Source: Glycera tridactyla (taxonomy: Eukaryota). Taken from it: a stretch of 64,000 nt of DNA. Shown here piece by piece: positions 23,201 through 36,515 of this stretch (its first letter is position 1; every line of letters starts with the position of its first letter). The stretch covers positions 86,366,001 to 86,430,000 of the forward strand of contig OZ286465.1 of NCBI GenBank assembly GCA_965644265.1, in the 5' to 3' direction. The notes beneath the pieces are model-generated. The model saw only the letters and a list, made by a program, of their open reading frames with translations. It searched no databases and was not told the origin of the DNA. The position numbers were made by a program, and so were the translations under genes.

Positions 23201-25119
23201 TATTGTGTGGGCAGTTCTGGCAACTGTTACAATCAATAGTTAGGAACTTGTGTCATTTTATATCAAAAAGCCCTGTGATGTTATGCAGGGGGGATAGCGT
23301 TCCATCACCGATGTTATCGTCACATTCTGTCAAATAATTTCCTATAATGATGATACCCATTTGTTATGATCAACGAAAACTTTTAGAAGTGATTCTGATG
23401 TTTAAGCTCACAGCTGTCATACAATGATCTCTATTATCTGATGAATGGCTCTGTGTGCTGGTGTGAATTCAAGCTATTACCAAGCTATTATCACACATTA
23501 GTGGTGATGCTCAATTTCAAGGGTGAGCTTTATGCACACCATTTTGTTTACAATGATTCCAATAAGATGAAGCAAAATATTCGGGGATATAGTTGGATTT
23601 TCTTGTACAACCCCCACATATTCTCAAAAGTATCTATTCTGAAGCTTCCAGCCAGATTGCTGCAATTTCTAAATTTCAAATATTCACCCAATTTTCGGAA
23701 TTCAGAAAATTTTCGGAAAATTGGCATCACTGTCTTTGATATAGACGGTCCAGTCCAAGATTGATTGTGTAACAGGGTCTGCATCACTGTCATACTAAAA
23801 ACCTGCATGTTATGCACTGACCGATCAAAAACTTATTATTGCCATTGTTTGGGTTGAGAAACAAATGTAAGACTGGGCCCAAAACAGCTATATAGCCCAG
23901 ACGGTAACATCTCACCATACCCTACATGACATTAGGGGCACGATCACTGCATATCAGTACAATCAATGATAAGATTCAGCACATTTAGAAGCTACATCTT
24001 CTCAAGAGTGCAGTTGTTACTCAGCAACTACTTCCATTTCAAGTCTATGGGAATTACAGATAAATATGCACTTGGGTATTAGTCATTAGGCACAACTCTG
24101 CATCAATATAATTAAGAATATATGATTCCTTGGATCCTGAGTATCGATATAATACTGATTTACTCAACAACGGAAATGTATCGATAATTATAGCTCTGTT
24201 CATCTGCCAGTCAGTAAACACACACTCCTCACTGATGTTAAAATGATCATATGTATCCACATATAAAGCCTGACGGTGTTACATGCTAGCGTGTTCATCT
24301 ATCACTCATATTACAGAACAACCTATAATGATGATGAGGCGGGTATTCCTTGATAAAACCAACCGGTCTTATGAGGTGAACACAGCCCCATATCACTGAT
24401 GTTACTTTGTATGAGAGAATGCCACTCTGATGGAGGTAATTTTACCTAATTGGAACGATTTGTTGAGATGTAACATGGCATTTCGACCACCCTACAAGCA
24501 GTCTTGGATCAGTGGTGTTGTCACGCTGCTCAGGTTGCAGGAGGAGGTTGCCGTCCTGCAACCTGAGCAGCGTGACCACTGCTCCATCACATAATCAAGA
24601 CTGCTTGTGGAGTGGTCGAAACGTTGTGAAACAGCTCAACAAATCGTTCCAAAGTAGGTGAAATTACGTTCATCATGGATCGTCTTGGAACAATATATTT
24701 GCAAAATGCAACTCTCTTATCACTGATGTTGAACAAGCCGGAACAAACAATCCCAGAATGCTGCTGGCATCTTTGAAGTTCACCCAATCAACACGGAACA
24801 CACTAAAAATTGGGTTGTGGATCATTGGCCAAGATGTTAGGCAATATTAGGTCAACTTGGTTAAATTACCCTCATAGCTGGACCCTCATTCTGGCCATTA
24901 AGGCTGGCCCGATTTTTCTGAAAAATAAATGTCAATACCTGAATAGATGAAAAAACTGAGACCTTATCCTTCAAGAGAAACAGTTGTGTCTCTCCCTTTC
25001 ACTGCACTTGTGTTTTTTCCCCTCTTGCTCCATCAATGCTGGGGATAATCTTGCATCACATAAAACAGCAGCTAATTATGTACCAAGCGATGATGATAAC
25101 GGAATTTTAATGTATTACT

Positions 25120-25203
<84 letters not shown>

Positions 25204-28200
25204 TGTGCGCATGCACGTGCACAGAGAAGGACTGAATACTGATTGTCTGAATAGAGATTGGTATGAGATTTTGTTACATGACGAAATAAACACAAAGATA
25301 TTGGTACTGTATAACATCAATTGGAATAATTCATATGCAGGATATCCGCATTAATTTCTCAAGGCAATACCAAAAGGTATGGATGATGAACACGGATATT
25401 TGCCCAAGATGTGTGTGTATGGGTATTTGAAGATATTCTGCAAAAGCTGAACTCAGTAGCATTGCTTTCACTTCATTTATATGAAAGAAAAAAATTGAAT
25501 TAGACACTAATTTAGTAATATGGATGTGCTATTTCATCTGCCACACTCAGGGTATTCGAAACAGTGTTGAGAGAGCATGAACATTGAGTGAGGCTAATGC
25601 TTTGCTGTGCCAATTCAAGTTTTGGCGTGTATACTCATGTTGAGTACAGATCCTCATCAGCAGGAAAAAGAAATGGCAGGTCGGGCCACAATTTGATATC
25701 TCGAATTACTGGAAAAGTTAAATTGACTCTACTGAGATCCACACTGTAGATAGAAGAGAAGAATATGGGTAAGAATGTCTGTGTTTCAGTTGAGTATGTT
25801 ATTGAGAAAATATCTTCAGGACTGGTATAGCATTGGTCATAGTTTGGAGGAAGATGGAATGAGCAGTATAATGGTAGGTATAACTTACTGTTTTGCTGCG
25901 ATAAGACAGTTGATCATACTCCTCCAGGTCTGTCTTGAGTTGAGTTATGTTCTCACGGTATGCAGAACATTTGTCTTTCAACACTGATATTTCATTGTTC
26001 GCTTCTATCAACTGCAAAAAAAAAAAACATTATTCACAAGATACTCAAAACTGTGGAATGAATCAGTGCATTTTACATCGAGATTGCCATGTGTTTCCGT
26101 CAGTACCAGTCTTGACAAAAAACTGTCCGAAAAGTGAAACAAGATGAAACCAGGCTGTCTTGAATTATTTGTGTGAGTAAACACTTATCAAGACAACTTA
26201 TCTCTCATTTGAGTAACTACCAACCCATATCTTGCTGATGTTTGTTCTTCAGAATCATACATATGCAGGTACATTGAAAGTCATCTTGAAGGGAATAGTG
26301 TCTTTCATTGTTGGGAGTCAAAATTTTTGTGTTCTGTCTCACAATGGATTCATCATTTTTTATCACCTCATGAAATTACATTCTCCCATTTTGATCTTTT
26401 CACTCTCCCGAAACACAATTCACACTCCCCGGGATAGAGAGTGGCTAAATTTGAAGACGGCAGTACTCATCTAGAGGTAGAACCTGCTTGAAACCACTTA
26501 TACATAGAGGTGTCCCTCAGCAGTGGTATTTGTAAACATGTTCTACTGCGTATAGTATATCAGCCTCGAGATAGCTCTGTTTGAATGATGAGTGTCATAC
26601 CCTCACCACGAGCATCACAATAAAACATTATGAGTTTTTTTCTGTTTAAAAAAAAACCATTATGAGTTGTATTGTACTTATCCTATGTTTGACTTTGTCT
26701 GACACATTGTGATGCGCTGCATATCCAATACATCATAGAAACTTACCAAATGTTTGGTTTTGTCTGCATCTTTCTGTGCATCTGTGAGATTTATCTTCCA
26801 AGTGGATTCATTTGTCTCCAGTTTGTCCTTCAGCTCCTCCAGCTCCTTGTAGGACTCTTGCAGTCGCATATATTCCGTCTGTAACCGCTGATTCTCTTTG
26901 CGTGACCTGCAAACAGATGTCATCTGAACTGACCATACACGTTTCTCAGGGATTTTCTTGCTCGGGAATATGTATGGGTCTTTCGGGCACATCGATGCAG
27001 ATTTCATGTGCCATATCGGATTTGTGTGTGCCTCAAACCATGTGATCATATCAAAGTATGGAAAATTTCATGTGCCTTCTGGGCACAAGATATAGTGTTT
27101 AATGTGCCCTCTCTCAACTTTATGTGCCATTTGCCACAGGGCGCAGCGCAAAATTATCCCTGGCGCAAAGCCATGTAACTGTGCCTATAGAAGTGACAAA
27201 TAGACACGCTAACTGCATGAACAAATAACAAGAAGGGGCATGTACAGTAGACTTATTCTTGTCCTGCACACCTGACAACTGACATGTGGCAATATTTGAT
27301 CGACTAGCAATAAAGCTACCTGTTGATCATTTTCCTAATAAGATAAAGTTCAATAAGAATCGTCGAGATGATAAAAACTTAATATTGCAGATCATTCCAC
27401 TGTTTTATCATCGGTGAATTACGTTACAACGCAAAAATCTGCAGCCAGCTAATGAGAAAATTTATATGAAATTGATTACAAGTGTGGGGCACCATCACAA
27501 GACATGCATCAGGGGAATTATCCATTAAACATTGTATTTCTGGAAAACTAGCTTCACCAAAAAGAGCATTAAACTTACGTTTTCATTTCACATTCGATAT
27601 CCTGAATACGTCTCCGCAAATTAGCGCACTCCTCCTTCAATGCAGCAAACTCGACTGCAAAAAGAAATGAAACTGTAATGAACAATAAGGACGACCAAGT
27701 ACACTAATTTCACCACTCATGGGAGCACATAGTTCCACATCTCATAGTGTAGCATCTCTGAATGATCAATACAATTTCACGACAAGATCAACAAAAGACA
27801 AATCAAGTATTTCCAAAATCTAAAGGCACACTATTTGTGAACTCAATGCTGGAAGAAATAAGTATCAGCAGCAGAATCTTCAGTCAAGTCTCTTGGCAAC
27901 ACCATCAACTTGAGCCGATAGATTGGGGACAGATGAGGATAAAGAGGACTCAATCTATCAATAAAGACATCTTATGTGAAATTCACTTCAGATATATGCA
28001 AAAAGAAAGCCAATCGTGGAGAGGTTGCTTGCTTGTTTTTCGTCATATCAGCAACATAAATGTCATATTGTCATAGCCAAGCAAGTGGCAAGACTAGGCC
28101 CATCCATGGTTCCTGGTCCTGGGTCTTCCATTCAAAGGAAAGGCGACAATTCTCAAATATTCACAGACATTCATGATGATGGGATCGATGCATATCACAC

Positions 28201-31200
28201 TGTTACAAATTTGCATGAAAATTTGAAAAATCATTTTTTCCTGCCTCAGCACATCAAACATGGTGACAGCACTGAGTGTAGGTAGTAGATACTACTCAAG
28301 CCTTCATTTAATATTTCCTGAAATATATGATAGCTCATCTCCCCTTGAAATGACACAATGGTGGAATAAATATGATAGCAGGCAGAGTATTGCCCAAATG
28401 GAGCACATCAGTCATACCAACAAGATGAAACAATTAATAGAACCCGGTAATTTTTTTGGGAAAATCCTCATTTACTTTTGAGAGTATATGATCTGCCAAA
28501 TTCTTTTATCCAATTCTCTGAATCAAGAAAAAGTTTTGACAATTGGCGTTTACTGGCACATACAGCTCAAGTTATTCAAAGTTTGTGCAGGAACTTCCAG
28601 AGAATCTGACTAGGTTTGAAGTAGTAGTACAAGCATTGTATGAGGCGCAACAAGCTTCATAACACAATTACAGTATAACCTGTGAACAAAAATCCACACT
28701 TTGGCAAACTGATTTCTCTCTTTTCCAGAAGTCCCAAACCATCAAACCCATACTTACTGTAGAGGCTAGATAATTATGGATGTTTGATGGCATATCTATG
28801 CTATGCAAGTTGAGAGATCTCTTCTATTTGACTTTGTTCACAGGTTTTAACAAGATCCCACATATGAAAAGTGATTGTTACGTTGGCATGCAGGGCTAGC
28901 ACATAATCACCACTCTCTCAAATGGCAACATAAATCTGCCTATGAGGAATAACAGAGTGATAACCTTCTTAGCCAAATTTGGCCCAAGGGAAGTCGTCAT
29001 CTGATCATTGATTATATGAATATCAATACAAATAACACCTATTTTGCAACACAATTATCATTTGACTTAAGGTTCTGAGTACAGTTACCTGGTGAGCAGA
29101 AACAATTGTATCTATTCACCTCCAGGCAACATATCATCTTTCCAACAAAGGACAGAGCCAAATTGGCTGAAGGAAGTATGAGATTAATGCTAGCCCAGCA
29201 TGACATGTGCAGATGGTGAGTGTACTACATAGAAAGCCAAGAATGTTAGTAAATCCAACTACAGGTATGAATGTACAGTGAAATCTGCGATGAGAGACCA
29301 CCCTAAATGTCATCAAAAAGTGGTCTCTCAAAAGAGGTGATCTCCTGTTGGAGGTTTATTTGACTATGTCAAATAGAAAAGCTGTCCTGAAGAAGTGGTC
29401 TCCTATTGGCGTTGGTCTCTAGTCGGGGGTCTCCCGTCACAGGTTTCACTGTATATGTGTGGGCATGACAGTAAGGTTTTCGGTCCCTTGTGCAAGAGGG
29501 CAAGTGACATGAAATTTCACATTGTCTGCCCAAATAAATCACTTGTCCAACCCATTATTACATATAGTTTATGAAGCAAGTTGGTTATGAAATTCACTTG
29601 TCTGCCAGGGATTTCTAGTTGTCCTGGACAATGGGACAACCCTTAATGTCAAGCCCTGGAGTGTAGATGCCCGATACAGAAAATCAACTGAGACCATCTG
29701 GTTCAATGATCCAGACACCATATGATATTATCTTGACATTAACTGTAAAGAACACACCAGACTCTGGGAGACTATGCTGAACCCCGTGAAAAGATGTTTG
29801 TCTGTTTGAGGTTTAATGGCATGTATCAACCCTAGGATTATGAATGTCATGTGTTCCTGGTCAATGAAAGCTAGATGTTCTTCCCCAGCAGACATCTTTC
29901 TCACAAAGCCTGAACACAAGATGATGGGGACCTGACAGGTTGTCAATTGATGGTAGCTGACAGTTCAGTCTGTGAAAATATCGGTGGTTCAAAACAAACA
30001 AAGCATTCCTCCTACATACTGCAGGGCTCTACATTAACTTTTTTCTTCAGCCGTTTTAAGGGAAGGTGAAGTAGGATTTTTACCTGCCCTCCTGCATATA
30101 ATCATAGCCCAAATAATGGTTGGGTACCTGCCTATCGGGCGGGCAGATTGATAAAATCACCTGGCCTGACAGCAAATTTGCCTGCCTGTGCTAGTAGCGC
30201 AACCATTAGCGTAGAGCCCTGTACTGTCACTGAATACAATCAGCATTTATCAATTCAGCAAGCATCTATGAAAAGAAGGCCATACTCAAGTAGCAAACGA
30301 ACATGAGTGCAACAATCATAGCAAGCATTCATTCATTCGGGAGTGCGCAAACATGTACAATGGGGTGATGCTTCACAGCCACAGCAAGCGCACTCTCTCA
30401 AAAAATTCATCTCCAAGCGCCGCCCTCCTTCTCCTCCCCCACCCCCAAATAAGTTCTCTTGTAAATCTATCAAACTTGAAAACGTAAATGATTTGTAACA
30501 AAAAAAATCAGGAGAATAACAAATGAGAACTCATGTCCAACTCAACTAAACCAGTTTCTGAACACAAGAATAAAAAAAAATTGTAGTGGACAAAAGCAAT
30601 TTCACATTAATCTCCATTTTCCTGATAAAGTTGGCTGCATGAAGGTTTTCAAAGGAGGAGGATGTTCACATCTTGCATCCATTTTTCAAATAGACCGATA
30701 ATACCCATGTATTATTGAATTATCAAATTATATCTGCTGAGCATATATGTTAAGAGTGGGGTTCTCGGCTCGCTGGATTTAATTCTTGGTGGGGATCATT
30801 TCAAACACATCACCTGAGAATATTTTTAATCCAACTGCATGTTAGTGAACCAATCCAATTGACACTTTAACTCCATGAATTCACTTTCACGTGCTGTATA
30901 ACTTCATTTGATACTACCAATATCTTGATGAGTGCTTTTTAACTGATTGAGCACCACTCTAACACAGAGCTCCATCAAAGTCAGGGAATGCTATTAGGTT
31001 GCGGAAACACATGGCCTCATACAATTCATAGATAGCATCTGTAACTCTGGTTTTGCACCCCTACATTCATTTGTACAGTGAAACCTGCTCGAGAGTAAAC
31101 CTGCGCTAGGCAAAATCCTGTCTTAAGCACATACCCCACAATCGGCCCGGTTGTTTTTTTCTCACTATAATTGTCCTGCGCTAAGCAAAATCCTGTCTTA

Positions 31201-34200
31201 AGTGAAAGAAAAATTTGGTCCCGTGACTTTTCACTTAAGACAGGTTTCACTGTATTTGATTAGTAAGCAAACCGTCACCAACTACTCTAGTCAGTTTATA
31301 GAGGGAGTTACGAGTCAAGCAGCATGCTATCAGTCGGCAAATTATCATCAGCATCATCGCAGTGACTCTTCTGTTACCTGATCTTTCAGCCACACGATCT
31401 TCGTCAGTTTTATTCAACTCATGTGACATGTAGTCTGCTGTGTCATCGACATCTTGTGTTAGCGCCTCCCCAGACAGATATGCCTCATCTTCCTCCTCCA
31501 GCTCACGTTTTATATCACTGACACCTCGCGGTACAGGCGGCGTATTCTCACTAGCTACGCAGCTTTCTTCTTCCTTCTTCACCTCATCATCATCTAACAT
31601 GTAAATATCACCACATAATTTCTCCACCCTTTACTAGTTGAGAAGATTCTCCAACTTGGTTGGTAATTTAATGGCATGTATCAACCCACAGGGTTATGCA
31701 TGCCCTGTGTTCTTGATCTAAGAGAGCTGCTCTGTACCATGCAGGCATCACTCTCACAAACCCTGAATGCAAGATGATAGGGACTCATAAAAGTTGTCAA
31801 GTGGAAGTGACTGACAGTTCAGACACACCTCTCCCGACCTCTAATAAAACTGGTAAACCTGATAATGATACAACCAACTATGTTACCGGCTGGCACTCAA
31901 GCCAGATAGCATTGCTTTCATCATGAGCAATGTGCAGTGCTCCGGAGATCCTGAGCTTCTGAGTGGGCATTGATCACTGAGTTTCTGCCAGTTTCAGTCA
32001 CAATCAACATACAACCACATAGAAAACACAAACACAATTACAGAACACAATATTTGAAAATATCCCAAATGAAATGCAAACACAATGCTGAACAAAAATG
32101 TCTAATAATAAGATCAAATATTAATTTCAAAAGCAACACATATTTGATCCCAGCTTTTCAAAATATGTGCATAATCAATGGTATTATGAAAATAGCTTTT
32201 AATGTAAAGTGTGCTCACTATCACATCTATTATGATTAGCTGTATGTAATTCACCCTCCACAATATCACTATACACACAGGCTGGCATGGTATAAAATCA
32301 ACCACACAGTGTAGACATCATACTCTCATTTGAACACCATTCTCTCAACCCCCTCGGTCATACCTCCGCACCTCGAGAGCGGAAACAAGACCAAAGCTTG
32401 AACATTTATAAATGCCAGGTATACATTAGTCGAACACATAATTTCCGTGGCATTATCACATGGGCAATTCACAACTGATAGTAATCATTGAAGGGCCAAG
32501 CAGGTTTGTCAAGAGTTTTAGAAAGTTGCTTCTATCTTTGCTGCATTTGATTTTTTGGCAAATGACCCATGACACATCTATCTGAAATTAAATATGCAAC
32601 TTTGATATGTGTTCATTAGACCACTCGCATTTGATTTGAGATCATAGGTGAAAATATTTCCAGATAACAAGCAACATCTCTTTTATCCAGTCACAGTGAT
32701 ACCACTTAACCGAATCAGGATTTCCTGAAATGCGGTGAAATTCCTTGAAAACACCCAATATATTTGAAAAAGAAAAACACCTATAAACTCTTCCACCTAA
32801 TTCCTGGATACTTACAATTCAAACTTTAGTTATGAATTTCCTCAATTCAGAGAATTTCCTGGGGGTGGCATCAGTGCCTTCAAAGATGGAGCCTTTGGAA
32901 CACTATAATTAACGATAAATAACAATTAACAATAATTAACGAGATGGAGAGCATCTTACCTCTGTTTTTAGCAGCCTGCCGCTGAACTTCGGTATGTGTG
33001 GCCTGTGATAGAGAAGCGTGTGTGACTGGTACCTCCTCTGCCCGCAAATCCAACTCCTCCTGTAACGACTTGACACGCACTGCAAGTAAGACCAAACCAA
33101 CAATCGTCAGTGAATTCTATCATCAAAGTATCTCAGTGTCTGAGCATCAGAACTTTATGCAGATTTGTCAATACAGTGGAACCTCCTCGAGGCCATCTGT
33201 CTATCAGTGATGTCAATCACATGAAGCTTGATTTTTGGGAATGTGATTAGATTTTCTGAAGCTACCTTCGCATGATCTCAGACAGCCCACCAGATCTCAG
33301 CAATTTTTCAATTCGAAATATTTCACCAAAATTTTTGGAATTCCAATTTTTTTTTGGAAAATTGACATCACTGTCCATAAAGGTCACTCTCAGGTATGAC
33401 TGTGATAGTATTTTCAACAATGAATGGCCTCTCTATAAAGGCTAACTGCTTACAAAGGCCACCTTTTGATGCAACGGAAGATGGGTTCATAGACAGCTTT
33501 GACAGTAAAGGTGGCAACAGATCTCCTAACAGGGGAGTGGGTCCCCATGGTGATGGGCCAGCTCATATTAATCCATGCTGGGCTCACCAACCCATAGTGA
33601 AAGATTCTGGTGGGCCAAAAAGGCAAGAATGGGGACAAAAAAGGCCCAGGTCGAGTGACAATACTGAGGTTCACAGAAAGACTCTTTGCAGATTTTATCC
33701 TAGCATGATTTCACAAATGAAAGCAGATATTCTTTCATGAGATTCAAAATTAATTCTCCTCACTAATACAAAATCTTGACTCTCCACCTTCAATCTTTTG
33801 GCAATATCAAATTTGTTTTTGCAAATCCCAGATCATACTCATTCAGCAAATACGTCACTTACTTCTGAGCTGCTCAGCTTCATTCTTGCTCTGTTTAGCA
33901 ACTTGCTGTGCTTCTTGTAACTGCTCTGTAACACACAAAAGCGCAAAATACCCGGTCAATACCGATGTCAGATGAGATGAGATGAGCCTGACTCCCATTA
34001 GTGAATCCCCCAAACTGATACACCCATACCACTACTTGCACGTGACTTTTCATCCCATTATCTGTTGCGAGGCAGCATTAAACTGATGGTGCCATGAAGG
34101 CAATAAAAGCTGCCACTGATGATGTACTTCCATTGGTTCAAACATCCACCACAGATTTATCCGACCATTCGAGAGAGGCAATAGAAATACAGGAATGCCA

Positions 34201-36455
34201 ACATTTACTAACCAAAAATATTATTGATGCAGATTTGGCAATAAGTGCAGTGATCAAATAAGAGGTTCTCTCATTGCAATTTTCATGCTACAGCCTCATG
34301 AGGGACCCTATCAAACAACATTAAATTTGCTGTTGTATGTCTAGATATGCAAATTTGTTAAGTGTGTGCACCTACAGGGCTCTACACTGCCACCAAGGGA
34401 AACCAGGGATTACCGAATTTCTTCAAAAGCTACAAAAAACTTGCTCAAACCAGCTGCTCCTGGTGCTTGGCAATCAACAAATTGAATTCTTGGCTGGCTA
34501 ATCAAATTTAGACAAGGCCTCTTTAAGTATGACCATGGTATGTGCATCACCAGGCCTCAATCCACAGTCTGGTTTTGATAGATATCACCACAAACAGGGC
34601 AAGAGCTTGGACTGGACCCTAGTTTCTGGGCTGGATACAGTTGCACGAGGACCCCAAATTTTCAAGGATTACTGATCCTGAGAGCCGGCCACCAAAATTA
34701 CTAGTGATCACAATTATCACTATTGCAATGACAACATTTTGAAGATAACTTTTACAGCAATATGGAAAGATAAAATGAACTGAAATCTATGAGTTAATAG
34801 GACCCCTATGTTTGGCGAATAGACAAATCAGAAAACAATGATACATCAACTGTAAAAAAGTTTCTGGGATGAAGTTTATCTTTCTCTCACAAGTATTTTC
34901 CCATACAATTGGTCCAGCAGCAATCAACTGATAAGCGTAAAAATGTACAGAAACAACTTGACATGAATAAAATGCAGAAAAAAATGGAAGCAATCAAGTA
35001 GGTGGCATGCAATATATCTGAAATTAACATGATACAAGCGAGGTGAAATCAGTGTCTACCACTATCAACACAACATATACCGAAATCAACTTAAATCCAC
35101 CTAGCCACTTGAAATCAGATTTGAAAGCAGCCCACAACTAAGGACACACAGTACGATGGAATCATGGAGAAATAAAGTTGCTACCATTGCAACAACTTCA
35201 AATGCTGCTGCTGCTGATGACGATAATGATGATGATGATCCCATCCCACATAGCAAATACATGGGGGTTTGCTTGACTGTATGCTGATGTGCTATAAAAG
35301 CACATAAAATGCAAAAGGCACATATAATCCCCAGCAGTAAACCCTAAGGGCTTGTATAATTTCGGCGAATGCTATTGCTGATGTTCTCACGCTGCTTAGC
35401 TGTGAAAGCTGCAAATCCTCCATTAACATTCTAATGCTGCTCCCAATATTTCAACGCTACTATAAAAGCTGTAAATGCCCCTGCCAATATCTAATGCTGC
35501 TGAAAATGCTGCAGCTGATTTCTCAAGACTGGTGTTAACATTCAAGGCTGCAGCAAATGCCACTGCTGGTGCTACGGTCAGGGAAATCAACAACTTTCCC
35601 GCTTTCAGGCTCTTACAACCACTGTTCATACTCAGCGCTCAGCCATTGTGACAGTTCACATCTGCCTATCGCGTCGATACATTGAATAAATTCTCCCTCA
35701 TGATCTTCCTCACTACCAGATGTGTGAAACAGTAGTATATACATGTAAATTTACATGTGAAGTGGTCATATTATGAAACAAGTCTGGAGACAAATGGTAC
35801 TCTCACCATCTCGTATATAACATTTAACTAAGAATACGAGTGAATTTCAATGTGCAAGTCATCAGAATCGGACCCTTAGTCAATGTAACATGGGTGACAA
35901 GAAGAGTGGACAAATTGATTTTTGAGGATGATGAAACTTTTGTTTTTCATAAAACAGATTAGAAAATCACCATAGCCAAAACACAGTAAGATAATCACAG
36001 ACTTAACTCTAAAGATGGGGATGGAGGGAATCAGAATCCACAACTTCATACTGGGTGATCAAGGAAATTATGAACAACTTATTGCAGAGCCATACCCATA
36101 CTATGGCATAGAATGGGGTTGAAGTGTGATGCAGAGGAAATTGTGAACCAGACGTTTCCAAAGTGAAACAGAACTGATGAAAGGTATGGAAGTTTTATAA
36201 TGTATGTTTTTGCCCAGAATGACTCATTTAATGCACAAATGAGAGACAAAATATGCATAAAAGAGCATTGAAGATGAGACAAAAATGGGCAAGAAGCATT
36301 GGTTTAACACACATAAAATGGTGACAAAGGGGTGTAACTTACATGGACTTTAGAAGGCGGTTCAGCAGGTGGAAGTGGCAGTGGTAGTGGTAGTGCTCAT
36401 GGCGAAGCTGCTAGTGTTTATCGTGCTGTTGAAAGTGGTTGTGGAAGCAGCAGGC

Positions 36456-36515
<60 letters not shown>

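Noticed and set aside
25799-25888. Intron read-through tail VSYTYHYTAHSIFLQTMTNAIPVLKIFSQ*
   Set aside because: Not hydrophobic enough for a TM segment, and a strong GTAAGT donor is present
35340-35640. Ala/Asn-rich quasi-coding tract
   Set aside because: Low-complexity AATGCT/GCTGC repeats with frameshifts and no identifiable family
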